From Octopus vulgaris (taxonomy: Eukaryota): a stretch of 64,000 nucleotides of DNA. Positions 14,096 to 27,523 of this stretch are shown piece by piece. Under the pieces are notes generated by a model. The model searched no databases. It was not told the DNA's origin and saw only the letters and a program-made list of their open reading frames with translations. The position numbers were made by a program, and so were the translations under genes. The DNA lies in NCBI GenBank assembly GCA_951406725.2, contig OX597818.1, forward strand, positions 116,250,001-116,314,000, in the 5' to 3' direction. Every line of letters begins with the position of its first letter. Position 1 is the stretch's first letter.

Positions 14096-15217
14096 CACAC
14101 ACACACACACACGCATTTAACTGAAAAGCAGGATACGAAGAAATCCATAAACATTAAATAATTTAGCTATGAAAAACTCCTATACACAGCCATACAGGAC
14201 TATTCACATCCACGCGCGCAGGGACGGGCACGGACAGGTACGCATTGCATAACCCCCCCACACACACACACATATGGGAACACAAGATCACACAACCACG
14301 TAAACTCTCACACCACGCATACTCATATGCACACACTCACACGTACACAGAAACACACTCACATGTACACAGGAACACATACAAACATACAAGAACGCAC
14401 ATATACAAGAACGCATAAACGCATAAACGCATAAACGCAAGCATACACAGAGATACACATACACACATACGCAAGCATACACAGAGATACACATACACAC
14501 ATACGCTGGAATACTCTTACGTAAGCAAACACTCGAACATTCACACACACACATAAAAACATACGCACTCACAAAACTGACTCAAACACACGAAACACAC
14601 TCTAGACTACACAGTTGTGCGCGCACACACATACTCACACACAAGGACATGTGCACGTGCAAATACCTACCTAAAGATCTACACTCTACACCCATAAATC
14701 TTTACAGGGTGACAAGCGAATCCCAGTAGATCTGAGACCGAACTTGCTTTGAATAAAAGGCTAAACCCTTAAGGAGATGTCGGTTGGTTTATCAACACAC
14801 ATGCACGCACACACACACAACACCAACACACAAACGCACGCTTACACACACTCACACATACAAGCAGTCAAGCAGGTGTACACACACAACCACACACACG
14901 AGTGGATGACCACCCCCTCTATCTACACAGACTTTTCGTTTACTATCAGCTTTACATCCTCTTTTAAGCAAACACACAAGGGAGTATGCAAGAACACAGG
15001 CATAAGGCCAATTATCAGACAAACTTACAGCAAACCCAGGAGAGAGAGGAGAAGTATCTAAGTCACTAAAATGGTTGGAAATGATGACGTAAAAACAACT
15101 GATTGATTGTTTATCCAGCATAATAAACAAACAATCGATTAGTTAGCTGACCAGTTGATTAACAATAACGAAGTGGCATTGAACTAGTGTGAGTATTATT
15201 ATCATTATTGGCGTAAT

Positions 15218-15867
<650 letters not shown>

Positions 15868-16179
15868 CAGTAATTGCTGGTGGAGGTTGGTTTATAGCGT
15901 TACCCTGGAATTTCTCGCCATAAAGAGTACCTTTCTGACGTATTTTCAGACCCTAAGACCTGTTGGCATATGGCTTCTTTAAAATATGGAGTGCGAAACG
16001 ATACAGATGTAAACAATGGGGATTATCTCCCTTTGGTGCTGGTCATCGGCTTCCGTCTGTGTCGTCCTCCTTCACTCACGCTACCTGTCGGCTAGGAGGG
16101 TAAAAGGTAGGGTACTCTCATCAGCAATCAATTTCCAGCTGTGGTGTAATTATCGCTAATACTCCTATTATCGTTATTA

Positions 16180-16532
16180 TGCGGGTCCAAAAACGCTAAT
16201 AGGAATCTCCTGAAATGCAAGCAACGACCGAAAATCTCCGTTCTGGAGTTCGGTATGGTCCCTGGTACGTGCGAGTTTTTCAGAATTTTCATGCGTTCGG
16301 TTATGCATAGCTTGCAGCGTTTCGTTACATTTTTGTACGGACCCGGACGGTGGAGGATTTTCCATGATACCGACTATGGAATCCCATCTTCATTCAGTTG
16401 CCAGATATGGCTGGCTAGCGATGTTACATATCTCATTTCCGGGACTCTGAAGGAGGATCTATTGCTGGAAAGAAATTCCCGTGCATCCAATGTATTTCCT
16501 TGGACGTGTGGAGTCGGTGTCATACCGACTTT
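16180..16532 (-). pseudogene. PLE GIY-YIG endonuclease C-terminal remnant
   Basis: VGMT...SSFR...TSLASHIWQLNEDGIP*SVSWKILHRPGPYKNVTKRCKLCITERMKI...NSRTEIFGRCLHFRRFLL. Confidence 0.75.
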
Positions 16533-17100
16533 CGCTGCTGTATTTGCTGCTACCGCTGCTGCTGTCGATGCTGCTGTTGTGGTTGTAGTTACCGATATTG
16601 TTGCTGCCGTCGGTGCAGCTATTGATGTTGCTGCTGGAGCCACCAATGGTGTTGATTCTAGTGGTGCTGGAGCTGGCGCTGTTGGTGGTGGTGCTACTAG
16701 AGATTGCGGTTGCTTTCTGTCGTCTTATTGCCCCCGCGTATGTTGCCGGTTGTGTCTGTGTTGGTATTATTAAGCCTGTCGATGTTGGTGTTGCTACCGT
16801 TGTTGTTGTTGCTGCTGCTGCTGTTACCGCTGTCGATGTTGTTGCTACCGCTATCGTTGTCGTTGCTGGTGCTGCCGACGATGATACTATTGGGGCTGAC
16901 CAATTTGCTGATGTTGTTGCTGGTGCTGTCATCGATGATGATGTTGCTGAGGCCATAAATGTAACGAAACGCTGCTATGACTGAAGGAGGACGACACAGC
17001 CGGAAGCCGATGGCCAGCACCAAAGAAGGATAATACTCATTGCTTATATCTATATCGCTTCCCTCTCCATATTTTGAAGAGGCCATATGCCAACAGGCCT

Positions 17101-17160
17101 TAGGGTCTGAAGATACGCCATAAAGGTACCCTTTATGGCGAGACATCCAGGGTAACCATA
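17101..17160 (+). ncRNA. Type I hammerhead-like motif (second copy on - strand at 15895-15955)
   Basis: tagggt-CTGAAGA-ta-cgccataaag-gtacc-ctttatggcg-agac-atccagg-GTA-accata. The other copy retains GAAA. Two-copy consensus restores stem I TAGGGT/ACCCTA. Confidence 0.6.
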
Positions 17161-18050
17161 TAAACCAGCCTTCATCAGTAATTAATATAGATTGCTCTAC
17201 TTCCTAGAGTGTGCATCTCCGGATTTATATTTTTCTCAAAAAACTATCTCATATATATGTGGAGGTGGGGGTCTCAGAGGCGACTCCAGGTCATCAGGGT
17301 CACTCGGGCTCGTCACAGATTTTGCATAAGATATATGCCTGCTCGAAGAGTTTCATGTTTTTTCCACTTTCTTTCTAGCCTCAAATTGCTTATTTGTTAT
17401 ATCTAGCACTATGTCTGTCTCCATTTCTAAATTAAGGGTTAAAATAAGGCAGGCCTGCAAAACACAGCTGATCTATGCACACATATGCATAGAATCTTTT
17501 CTACTCATGGCAGGAGGCCCGAAATTTTGGGGTCATATATAAAATTTATTTTTATATTTATCTATTTGTTTCATAATTATAATATATTGTATATGGTATA
17601 TTCACAAATATTCAAAATCTACCAATCAAATAAAATCTCAATACGTAGCTTTTAACTTTTAACCTGCCAATATTATACATTTCCCTCAAAAGTTGCGTTA
17701 CCTCTTTTTGAACCATGACGAAGTCCTACCACATATAGCGTGAATATGGCAACTTCCTTAGCATTAAGCGATATGCTTGTAGATTCCCATCAGCTCGGTG
17801 GTACAACTGAAACATAAATGTAGGTTCTCTTTTCTATTTTCATTTTAATTAATTTTTCTTTCATCTTTCAATTTCCAATCAATTTATTTATTTATGTTTT
17901 TCAAAAAAACGCTATCTTTTTATAACATGCAAATAAATCAGTAATTACATCCATTTATTCTCCATTTTCTTCTTATTTTCCCTAAACGTGTGAGTGTGAG
18001 TGTGTAGATGGATAGATAGATGTAGATACATGCATATATACATATACACA

Positions 18051-18094
<44 letters not shown>

Positions 18095-18437
18095 ACAGTT
18101 GTCTTTTTACTTGTGTTGGTCACTGCCTACTGCCATTTCGATTCCTGTGATTGCTTTGATGTAAAGCAAACACCAAAATAAAAGAAATTCTAGAGAATGG
18201 ACTTGGGGATAAACTTTAAAATTTCTTCAAACTCAAGTTGCTCCTTTTCCCGGAAAGTGGGAAGGTATGTAAAATGTCTTGCTTATCTCTCTCCCTGAAT
18301 GGGCTTTTGATTAAAAATCCTAAATGTCAGATATGTAACAAACATTTTGTTTCGGTACGGCTGTGTACGATTGAACAAATCTATTTATTCATCAGCCAAT
18401 ACTTTGTGTTATGACACTTGCAACCAACACGTTTATA

Positions 18438-21147
18438 CAATTTTCCTGAAAAATTTTTGTAAATTTTCGAAAAAAGTTTGGGAAATTTTCCCCAAAAATT
18501 TTTAAAAAATTTTTCTCAAAAATTTTCGAAAATTTACCCGAAAAATTTTTGAATAATTTCCCCAAAATTTTGCTCAAAAATTTTTGAAAATTTTCATTGA
18601 AGATTTTATCAAAAATTTTTCAAAACTTTTCACCGAAAATTTTCCCCAAAAATTTTTTCGAAAATTTTACCCGACAATTTTTTCGAAAATTGGCACCGCT
18701 GGCTTTCCAAACTTTGTGATTTGGACACCGCTGGCTTTCCATACTTTGTGATTTTGGCACCACTGGCCTTCCATACATTGCGATTTTGGCACTGCTGGCC
18801 TTCCATAATTTGTGATTTTTGCAATGCTGGCCTTCCATACTTTGTGATTTTGGAACAACTGGTCTTCCATACTTTTTCGAAAATTTTAGCCGTAAATTTT
18901 ACCCAAAATTTTTTCGAAAATTTTCACGGAAAATTTTCCACAAAAATTTTTCAAAAATGTTTCGAAAATTTTCAACGAAAATTTTTTCCAAAAATTTTTC
19001 GAAAATTTTGACAGAAAACTTTCCATAAAAATTTTTCGAAAATTTTGACAGAAAACTTTCCATAAAAATTTTTCGAAAATTTTCACGGAAATTTTTGAAA
19101 AATTTTTGGGGAAAATTTTCAGTTAAAATTTTGGAAAAATTTTTGGGGAAAATTTTCTCCAAAAATTTATCGAAAATTTTCACCGAAAGTTTTCCCCAAA
19201 AATTTTTCAAAAATTTTCACCGAAAATTTTTTCTCAAAAATTTATCGAAAATATTCAGCGAAAACTTTCCGCAAAAACTTTCCATAAAAATTTTTCGAAA
19301 ATTGGCACCGCTGGCTTTCCATACTTTGTGATTTGGACACCGCTGGCTTTCCATTCCTTGTGATTTTGGCACTGCTAGCCTTCCATACTTTGTGATTTTT
19401 GCAATGCTGGCCTTCTATACTTTGTGATTTTGGCACTGCTGGCCTTCCATACTTTGTGATTTTGAAACCGCTGGCCTTCCATACTTATTCGAAAATTTTT
19501 GCCGAAAACTTTCCCCAAAAATTTTGCGTAAAATTTTCAGTTAAAATTTTTGAAAAATTTTTATGGGAAATTTTAGGCAAAAATTTTCGAGAAAGTATGG
19601 AAGGTCAGCGGTTCCAAAATACAGTATCGAAGGCCAGCAGTGCCAAAATCACAAAGCATGGAAGGCCAACGTTGCAAAAATCACAAAGTATGGAAGACTA
19701 GCAGTGCCAAAATCACAAAGTATGGAAGGCCAGTGGTGCCAAAATCACAAATTTTCACGGAAAATTTTCCACAAAAATTTCCAAGAAATTTTTCAAAAAT
19801 TTTCCCTAAAAATTTTTGAAAAATTGGCACTGCTGGCTTTGCATACTTTGTGATTTTTTGCCGAAAATTTTGCAAGAAAAATTTTTCAAATATTTTTCGA
19901 AAATTTTCACCGAAAACTTTCCATAAAAATTTTTCGAAAATTTTCACCGAAAAATTTCCCAAAAATCATTCTAAATTGGCACCGCTGGCTTTCCATACTT
20001 TGTGATTTTGGCACCGCTGGCCTTCCATACTTTGTGATTTTGGAACCGCTGGCCTTCCATAATCTTTCGAAAATTTTTGCCGAAATTTATGGAGAATTTT
20101 CGGCAAAACTTTTTAAAAAATTTGAACTGAAAATTTTACCCAAAAATTTTTTTAAAATTTCCGTGAAAATTTTCGATAAATATTTGGGGAACATTTTCGG
20201 TAAAAATTTTTGAAAAATTTGCCAGCGGTGCCAATTTTTGAAAAATTTTTTGGGAAAATATTCGGTGAAAATTTTCGAAAAATTTTTATGGAAAGTTTTC
20301 TGTGAAAATTTTCGAAAAATTTTTGGAAAAATTTTGGGTAAAATTTTCAGTTAAAATTTTTGAAAAATTTTTGGGGAAAATTTTCGGCAAAAAATTTTTT
20401 AAAATTTTCATTCAAAATTTTCCCCAAAAATTTTTTTAAAATTTTCCTTCAAAATTTTTCCCAAAAATTTTTCAAAAATTTCCGTGAAAATTCTTGGAAA
20501 AATTTTCGGTGAAAATTTTAGAAAATTTTTGTGCAAAATTTTTAGAAAAACTTTTGAGTAAAATTTTCAGTTAAAATTTTTGGGGAAAATTTTCGGCAAA
20601 AATTTAAAAAAAAATTTTAACTGAAAATTTTTCAAAAATTTCCTTGAAAATTTTCCAAAAATTTTTGGGGAAGATTTTCGGTGAAAATTTTCCAAAAATT
20701 TTTATGGGAAGTTTTCGCTGAAAATTTTCCAAAAATTTTTATGGAAAGTTTTCGGTGAAAATTTTCAAAAAATTTTTGAAAAATCTTTGCGGAAAATTTT
20801 CGGTGAAAATTTTGGAAAAATTTTTGGGGAAAATTATCTAAAAATTTCTGGGGAAAATTTTCAGTGAAAATTTTCGAAAAATTTTTATGGAAAGTTTTCG
20901 GTGAAGATTTTCGAAAAATATTTGGAGAAAATTTTCGGTGAAAATTTTCGAAGAATTTTTGAAAAATTTTTGTGGTAAATTTTCCGTTAAAATTTTCGTA
21001 TAAATTTTGGGTAAAATTTTCAGTTAAAATTTTTGAAAAATTTTTAGGGAAAATTTTCGGCAAAAATTTTTTAAAAATTTTAATTGAAAATTTTCCCCAA
21101 AAATTTTTTTTAAATTCCGTGAAAATTTTCGAAAAAATTTTGGGTAA
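18438..21147. repeat. Composite satellite: self-complementary AAAATTTT tracts interleaved with blocks of a 32-bp repeat in both orientations
   Basis: Unit tggcactgctggccttccatactttgtgattt in blocks at ~18690-18875, 19300-19487, 19823-19860 and 19975-20062 (forward) and 19592-19752 (reverse). Confidence 0.9.
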
Positions 21148-21888
21148 AAAGACGAAGACGTGTTTGTATGCGTTCTTGCAAATACACATATATACATACA
21201 TGTACATGCATTTATACTCACACACACACCTTTATATATGTGTTTTATATATATATATATTTGTATATATATATGTGTGTGTTTACCTTTATTTTTGTTG
21301 GTGTTCTGCAGGTAATTTATAATAGTTTTCTAATTGTAGAAGACAGCTAATTTCCTGTGTTCCTGGTAAATACAATCTCTGTGTGTCTGTTCATGTGCCG
21401 TCATTATTATATTAATTGTCCCATTAAGACCTGATAATTCATTTTGCTTCCAGTTACGAATGTTATAATTACAAGGCATAACTGGAAGAGATTGAGTTCC
21501 GATACCTATTACTTTACATTTGACACGTAATTCTTTTAAGTTTTAATCTAAATTTTCAATAATAGCCTTCCCTTGTTTTTTTGCTATTTTATTATTGTTG
21601 TTATCATTATTATAACTATTATTATTATTATTATCATTGTAAGGCGGCGAGTTGGCAGAACCGTTAGCACGCCGGGAAAAATGCTTAGCGGCATTTCGTC
21701 TGTCTTTACATTCTGAGTTCAAATTCAGCCGAGCTCGACTTTCAGGATCGATAAAATAAGTACCAGTTGAGAACTGGTGTCGATATAATCGATTAGTCCC
21801 CTCCCCACAAATTTCAGGCCTTGTGCATATAGTAGAAAGGACATTTTTATGTTTCTGTGCATGTACATCCCAACGCTTTATGTCTGTC

Positions 21889-22223
21889 TTCCCACAAAAG
21901 CCTTCTTGGCAAGAGCGTCTGCAACAACAAATTAAAATATTTAGATCTGACATTGAATATTTGAAAAACCTTAAGGCTCACAAGACTACCAAACCTACAA
22001 AAACCCCAAAATTACTGAAAAAATACAATATGAAAACTATACTTGATATTGATGCCACCATAGAAACCATCAAACAAAAGGTATCTGCCAAAGCTGCCCG
22101 CATAGCGAGGTATGAAAAGCGTGTTAGATTTTTCAAGGACAACAACATGTTCAAAAATAACACCAAGAATTTTTACAGGAAGAAAGGAAAAACAGCGTTT
22201 ACTGCAAGGTCTGTACTGCAAGG
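21889..22223 (+). mobile_element. Internal fragment of the R4/Dong element, near-identical to 28072-28400
   Basis: KPSWQERLQQQIKIFRSDIEYLKNLK...GKTAFTARSV; only a few differences from the downstream element. Confidence 0.95.
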
Positions 22224-22260
22224 TTCTTCTCACTCTTCGCCATTGTGGCAAATAAGTGAA

Positions 22261-22333
<73 letters not shown>

Positions 22334-22552
22334 TATCTTTGACTTTTGCTTTATGTCTGTACAAGTTGGCTCCAAGTCTCACCCAGAGACCTCAAGAGAC
22401 AACAGGTTGGAAGTTCACGTTGTTGTTAGGCCTAGTGTGCCATATATTTGGGTTTTTTTTTGGTGTTGTACTAGTGAATGTCTAATACATAGATTTAAAA
22501 AAAAGTTTGTTTTAAACCTTGGGATTACATAGAGAGTATTTTGCGTAATTAC

Positions 22553-22615
<63 letters not shown>

Positions 22616-24036
22616 CATCATCATCATCATCATCATCATTAAGGCGGTTAGCTGGCAGAATCATTAGCACGCTGGACGAAATTCTTAGCGGTATTTCACA
22701 CGTCGTTACGTTCTGAGTTCAAATTCCACCGAAGTCGACTTTACCTTTCATCCTTTCGGGGGTCGATAAATCAAGTACGATTCATTTTCTAGTACAAGCG
22801 CAGAAATAATTTTATAATTATTCGGCTTATAGTTTTAGCCACCGGACAGAGACCACCTCGAACCCTTCTATAAACGTAAAAAAATATATATCTTTTATTT
22901 TTTAGTTGTTTCAGTCATTAGACTGCGGCCATACAGGGCACCATCTTGAAAAATCTTTTTAGTCGAATGAATGCACCCCCACTCACACACACACACACAT
23001 ACATAGATAGATATGTATGTGTGTGTGTGTGTGAGTGGGGGTGCGATTCATTCGACTAAAAAGATTTTTCAAGATGGTGCCCCTGTATGGCCGCAGTCTA
23101 ATGACTGAAACAACTAAAAAATAAAAGATATATATTTTTTTACGTTTATAGAAGGGTTCGAGGTGGTCTCTGTCCGGTGGCTAAAACTATAAGCCGAATA
23201 ATTATAAAATTATTTCTGCGCTTGTAGTAGAAAATGAATCGTATACAAGAAGGTTTCCATAAAATTTACCCAGTAAATAGAGCACACATCATAGTATGTA
23301 TCACCAATAGGTTTTCTTTGATAGTATAGCGAAGCTTATTGAGGCATTCGCAAAGCAGACATTCGTTACTTCTCCTTTTGTTCATTTCTGAATAACTTCC
23401 TCAAATCCCGAGACACTCCGTGTTGAGACACTGCTACTAAACTTTTCCTTTTCTTTGCTGTTTTCCTACTGGATTCACCCCATGTCTCAATCCTCCATTT
23501 GTCTTATACCACATGCAACGTAAATACAGCCTGTAAGACGGTTAACAACATAAAATTCAGCGTTGTATTATTTTTGTTTATTGATGCTTCTTGCGTTAAA
23601 TTGTTTATTAACTCTGTGTGTGAGTGTAATTATTTGTTTCATTATTATCTAAAAAAATTCTCTTTAATTTTTTAATAAAATTTTGTTTCTGTGTATTCAA
23701 AAATTATAATTTTGTTGTTGAAGAGAAAGCTATCCATTGATATTAGCATCTCATTCTGTCTCACCAGCATGAAGCATATTGAATTAAATGCAGACACGAG
23801 GAAAAAAATATAGCAAAACAAAATAATATCTATAAGAATATCTTTTGCTTACCCCAGGCATCGGATTACATGTGTACACAATTCCTAGTCCTCTGGTTGT
23901 AAAATAAGTTGGGAAAAATTACAAACATTAACAAAAAAAGAATTTAATAACTCAGTAGTAATTGAACTGTCTTGTATGAAAACATGTGCGTTCATCTCAA
24001 ACCACTGGAGTAATAATAATAATAATGATAATAATG

Positions 24037-24121
<85 letters not shown>

Positions 24122-24371
24122 TAATAATAATAATCCTCTCTGCTATAGAAACAAGGTATGAAATTTTTGGAGAGGGGGTCAGTTGATTAGTTCAACTCCA
24201 GTACGCAACTCGTACTTGATTTATCGACCCCCGAAAGGATGAAAGGTAAAGTCGACTTCGGTGGAATTTGAACTCAGAACGTAACGACGTGTGAAATACC
24301 GCTAAGAATTTCGTCCAGCGTGCTAATGATTCTGCCAGCTAACCGCCTTAATGATGATGATGATGATGATG

Positions 24372-24428
<57 letters not shown>

Positions 24429-24430
<2 letters not shown>

Positions 24431-24644
24431 TACGCAAAATACTCTCTATGTAATCCCAAGGTTTAAAACAAACTTTTTTAAAAATCTATGTATTAGACAT
24501 TCACTAGTACAACACCAAAAAAAACCCCAAATATATGGCACACTAGGCCTAACAACAACGTGAACTTCCAACCTGTTGTCTCTTAAGGTCTCTGGGTGAG
24601 ACTTGGAGCCAACTTGTACAGACATAAAGCAAAAGTCAAAGATA

Positions 24645-24646
<2 letters not shown>
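24429..24646 (+). mobile_element. Extreme 3' end of another R4/Dong-type family in an (AAT)n array (mirror copy 22333-22548, -)
   Basis: Begins LRKILSM* (cf. ILRKALSM at ~30840). 3'UTR hairpin with TGGGT loop. (AAT)n on both sides. Confidence 0.75.
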
Positions 24647-24738
<92 letters not shown>

Positions 24739-24832
24739 TTCACTTATTTGCCACAATGGCGAAGAGTGAGAAGAACAATACAAAGACAGACATAAAGCGT
24801 TGGGATGTACATGCAAGGAAACGATAAAAATG

Positions 24833-25033
24833 TCCTTTCTACTATATGCACAAGGCCTGAAATTTGTGGGGAGGGGACTAATCGATTATATCGACACCAG
24901 TTCTCAACTGGTACTTATTTTATCGATCCTGAAAGTCGAGCTCGGCTGAATTTGAACTCAGAATGTAAAGACAGACGAAATGCCGCTAAGCATTTTTCCC
25001 GGCGTGCTAACGGTTCTGCCAACTCGCCGCCTT
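24833..25033 (-). mobile_element. SINE (ggcggcgagttggcagaa family); related copies 24140-24350 (-) and mirror images in the left palindrome arm
   Basis: Homologous to 44123-44357. Confidence 0.8.
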
Positions 25034-27459
25034 ACAATGATAATAATAATAATAATAGTTATAATAATGATAACAACAATAATAAAATAGCAAAAAAACA
25101 AGGGAAGGCTATTATTGAAAATTTAGATTAAAACTTAAAAGAATTACGTGTCAAATGTAAAGTAATAGGTATCGGAACTCAATCTCTTCCAGTTATGCCT
25201 TGTAATTATAACATTCGTAACTGGAAGCAAAATGAATTATCAGGTCTTAATGGGACAATTAATATAATAATGACGGCACATGAACAGACACACAGAGATT
25301 GTATTTACCAGGAACACAGGAAATTAGCTGTCTTCTACAATTAGAAAACTATTATAAATTACCTGCAGAACACCAACAAAAATAAAGGTAAACACACACA
25401 TATATATATACAAATATATATATATATAAAACACATATATAAAGGTGTGTGTGTGTGAGTATAAATGCATGTACATGTATGTATATATGTGTATTTGCAA
25501 GAACGCATACAAACACGTCTTCGTCTTCAAGGATGCCAAGAAATAGGACACGACGATTGAATCAACTGAGTGGTATGAGGAAGATTAAAAAAACAACAGT
25601 GGAAACAATTAGAAAACTTTATCAAAAACTGTGTTAAAAATAGGTTCACGAAATGTCATGTTATGGCGCTGGAAAGAAATGCTCGTGCATAGCGAATACA
25701 CGAAGGAACGGAAGTGAACAAGTAATAAAAAAACAGTAAAGCTAAATGCAAAAAAAAAGCTGTGTTCAAAGTCTTTTGTTCACAGCAAAAGATCAAAGCC
25801 TTCTTTCCCGACATCGTACAAAGACTCAAATAAAAGAGACTATTAACGGCTTCAGTAGAATACGTGGGTGGAGTAAATGGAAAAAACGTCAATCATATTT
25901 TATCAAGTCGACACCGACTCCTCTCGCACATCTATCGTTTTTTATAGCCTCCACACTTACGTTCAATCGATCTTGCTTTACAAAGGTGACAACAAGCTAC
26001 TAATTCGTATCATTACCAATACCCTTGACTGTCATATTTATGTTATGTTTCCCCTCTATGCTGAAGTATAAGTCGGTGACCTAATGTTTCATATATTTTT
26101 TCTAACTTATATTCTGCCTCAGCCATTGTTTCGAACAAAAAGAACGTTCTCTCGTTAATGTTCACCCACCTAATAGATGAAATATCCCCCTCTCACTAAT
26201 TGTCCTATGGCTTTCCTCACTTGCAACTCATCATAAAGTAAATACCACCATGACCGTTATCCAAACTACAGTGGAAACGGCTGGCCACTGGATTTGGTTA
26301 AAAAGAGACGATGAGCGATGGCTTGAAGAATATTGAGCTATATTTAATAAACAATTGATCTAGTAAGCGGAGCCTCAAATCAGTGAGGAGGTGGGGGGGG
26401 CAGTGCACATTGATGCCGTCGAGTAGTAGGCCCCGAAACGGCGTGCATTATCTCCTGATGACCCCGTACACTTGCTGGCTGCCTGTATGCGGAGTTCTCG
26501 ACTGGTACCACCTGCATGTGCAAGTTGTTTGCAAAACATAGATGAAATATCCCCCCAATCACATGTCCTATGGCTTTTCTCACTTGCAAATTTAAGGGTC
26601 CATTCAATTGTATCCAGTGAGTCAGAAATAAGTTAGTGTTTCCCTTGTTCGCCCTCAAAGGAGAAGATGATACTGACGTTGGGTTTACTTTTTGGACTTG
26701 ATGTCTATCTATATTTTTAAACACCTTCATCGAAGTAATATAGTGTTTTTTTCTCATAATCTCACTGGACAAACGTACCGCATATGAGAGTTGGCTGCAC
26801 TTGTTTTCTTGTTCATATTTCCAAGAGATGTCGCGCTAACAAAACCGTTAGCTCGCCAGACAAAATAGTTAGCAGCATTAAAATGCGCCGAGGTTAACTT
26901 TACCTTTCACCATTTCGGGGTCAGTAAATATAAATACAGTTGACTGTATTTATATAAATACAGTGAATGCAATAGACTAAAAAACCTCTCCAAATGTGAC
27001 GCCTTGTACCTAGAGTTAAAAAGAATTATTGCCAAGAATGGAACTAAATTCATCGGACCTTGTAATCCTCATTATTTTTCTTTAATAAGTCTGCGTATTA
27101 CTGCGAAGTATTTATGTTCATGTTCTTTTTTCTTTTTTCAACGTTTGCAAAAATATTCCAATATTTCATAAAAACGATATTTCTTCCTTGTTGTTGTGCC
27201 ACTACGTTGTTAAAAATAAGAGAGAAGGAGAGAAGCAAGTGTAAAGGAATTTTCAGATTCTGGATGAAGACCAACAATTTTGAGGGGAACATGCTGGTCG
27301 ATACCATTGATCCAAATACTTGGCTGTTACTTATGTTTTTTTTTTATCGATGCCGGGATGGGAGTTGGTGTGTAAAGATGATCTCAACGGATTTGAAATC
27401 TGAGTGTTAAAAATTGATACAAATACTGTAAGATTCTATTTCCGGCACACACTTCGACC

Positions 27460-27520
<61 letters not shown>

Positions 27521-27523
<3 letters not shown>

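Larger units (their letters stand above)
15868..17188. mobile_element. Decayed Penelope-like element with ~210-bp inverted pLTR-like ends
   Basis: 15868-16078 and 16978-17188 are diverged inverted repeats, each holding a hammerhead motif. Minus strand 16180-16532 encodes a GIY-YIG C-terminal remnant. Degenerate (GCT/GTT)n filler at 16530-16950. Confidence 0.75.
21148..25527. repeat. Large fold-back inverted duplication centred on 23006-23011
   Basis: 21148-21890 = reverse complement of ~24786-25527; 22223-22780 = rc of 24210-24778; 22776-23005 = rc of 23012-23243. 6-nt loop gataga. Confidence 0.95.

Noticed and set aside
16255-16984. Ala/Val/Thr-rich ORFs as a mucin or antifreeze-like gene
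   Set aside because: Degenerate GCT/GTT repeat inside a decayed PLE; open frames on both strands with no splice or domain evidence.
18690-20062. 32-bp repeats as a CRISPR array
   Set aside because: Units are directly tandem with no unique spacers, there are no cas genes, and the context is eukaryotic.
18392-21322. KIFEKF/ENFPQK-type ORFs
   Set aside because: By-products of the A4T4 satellite, open on both strands and in several frames.
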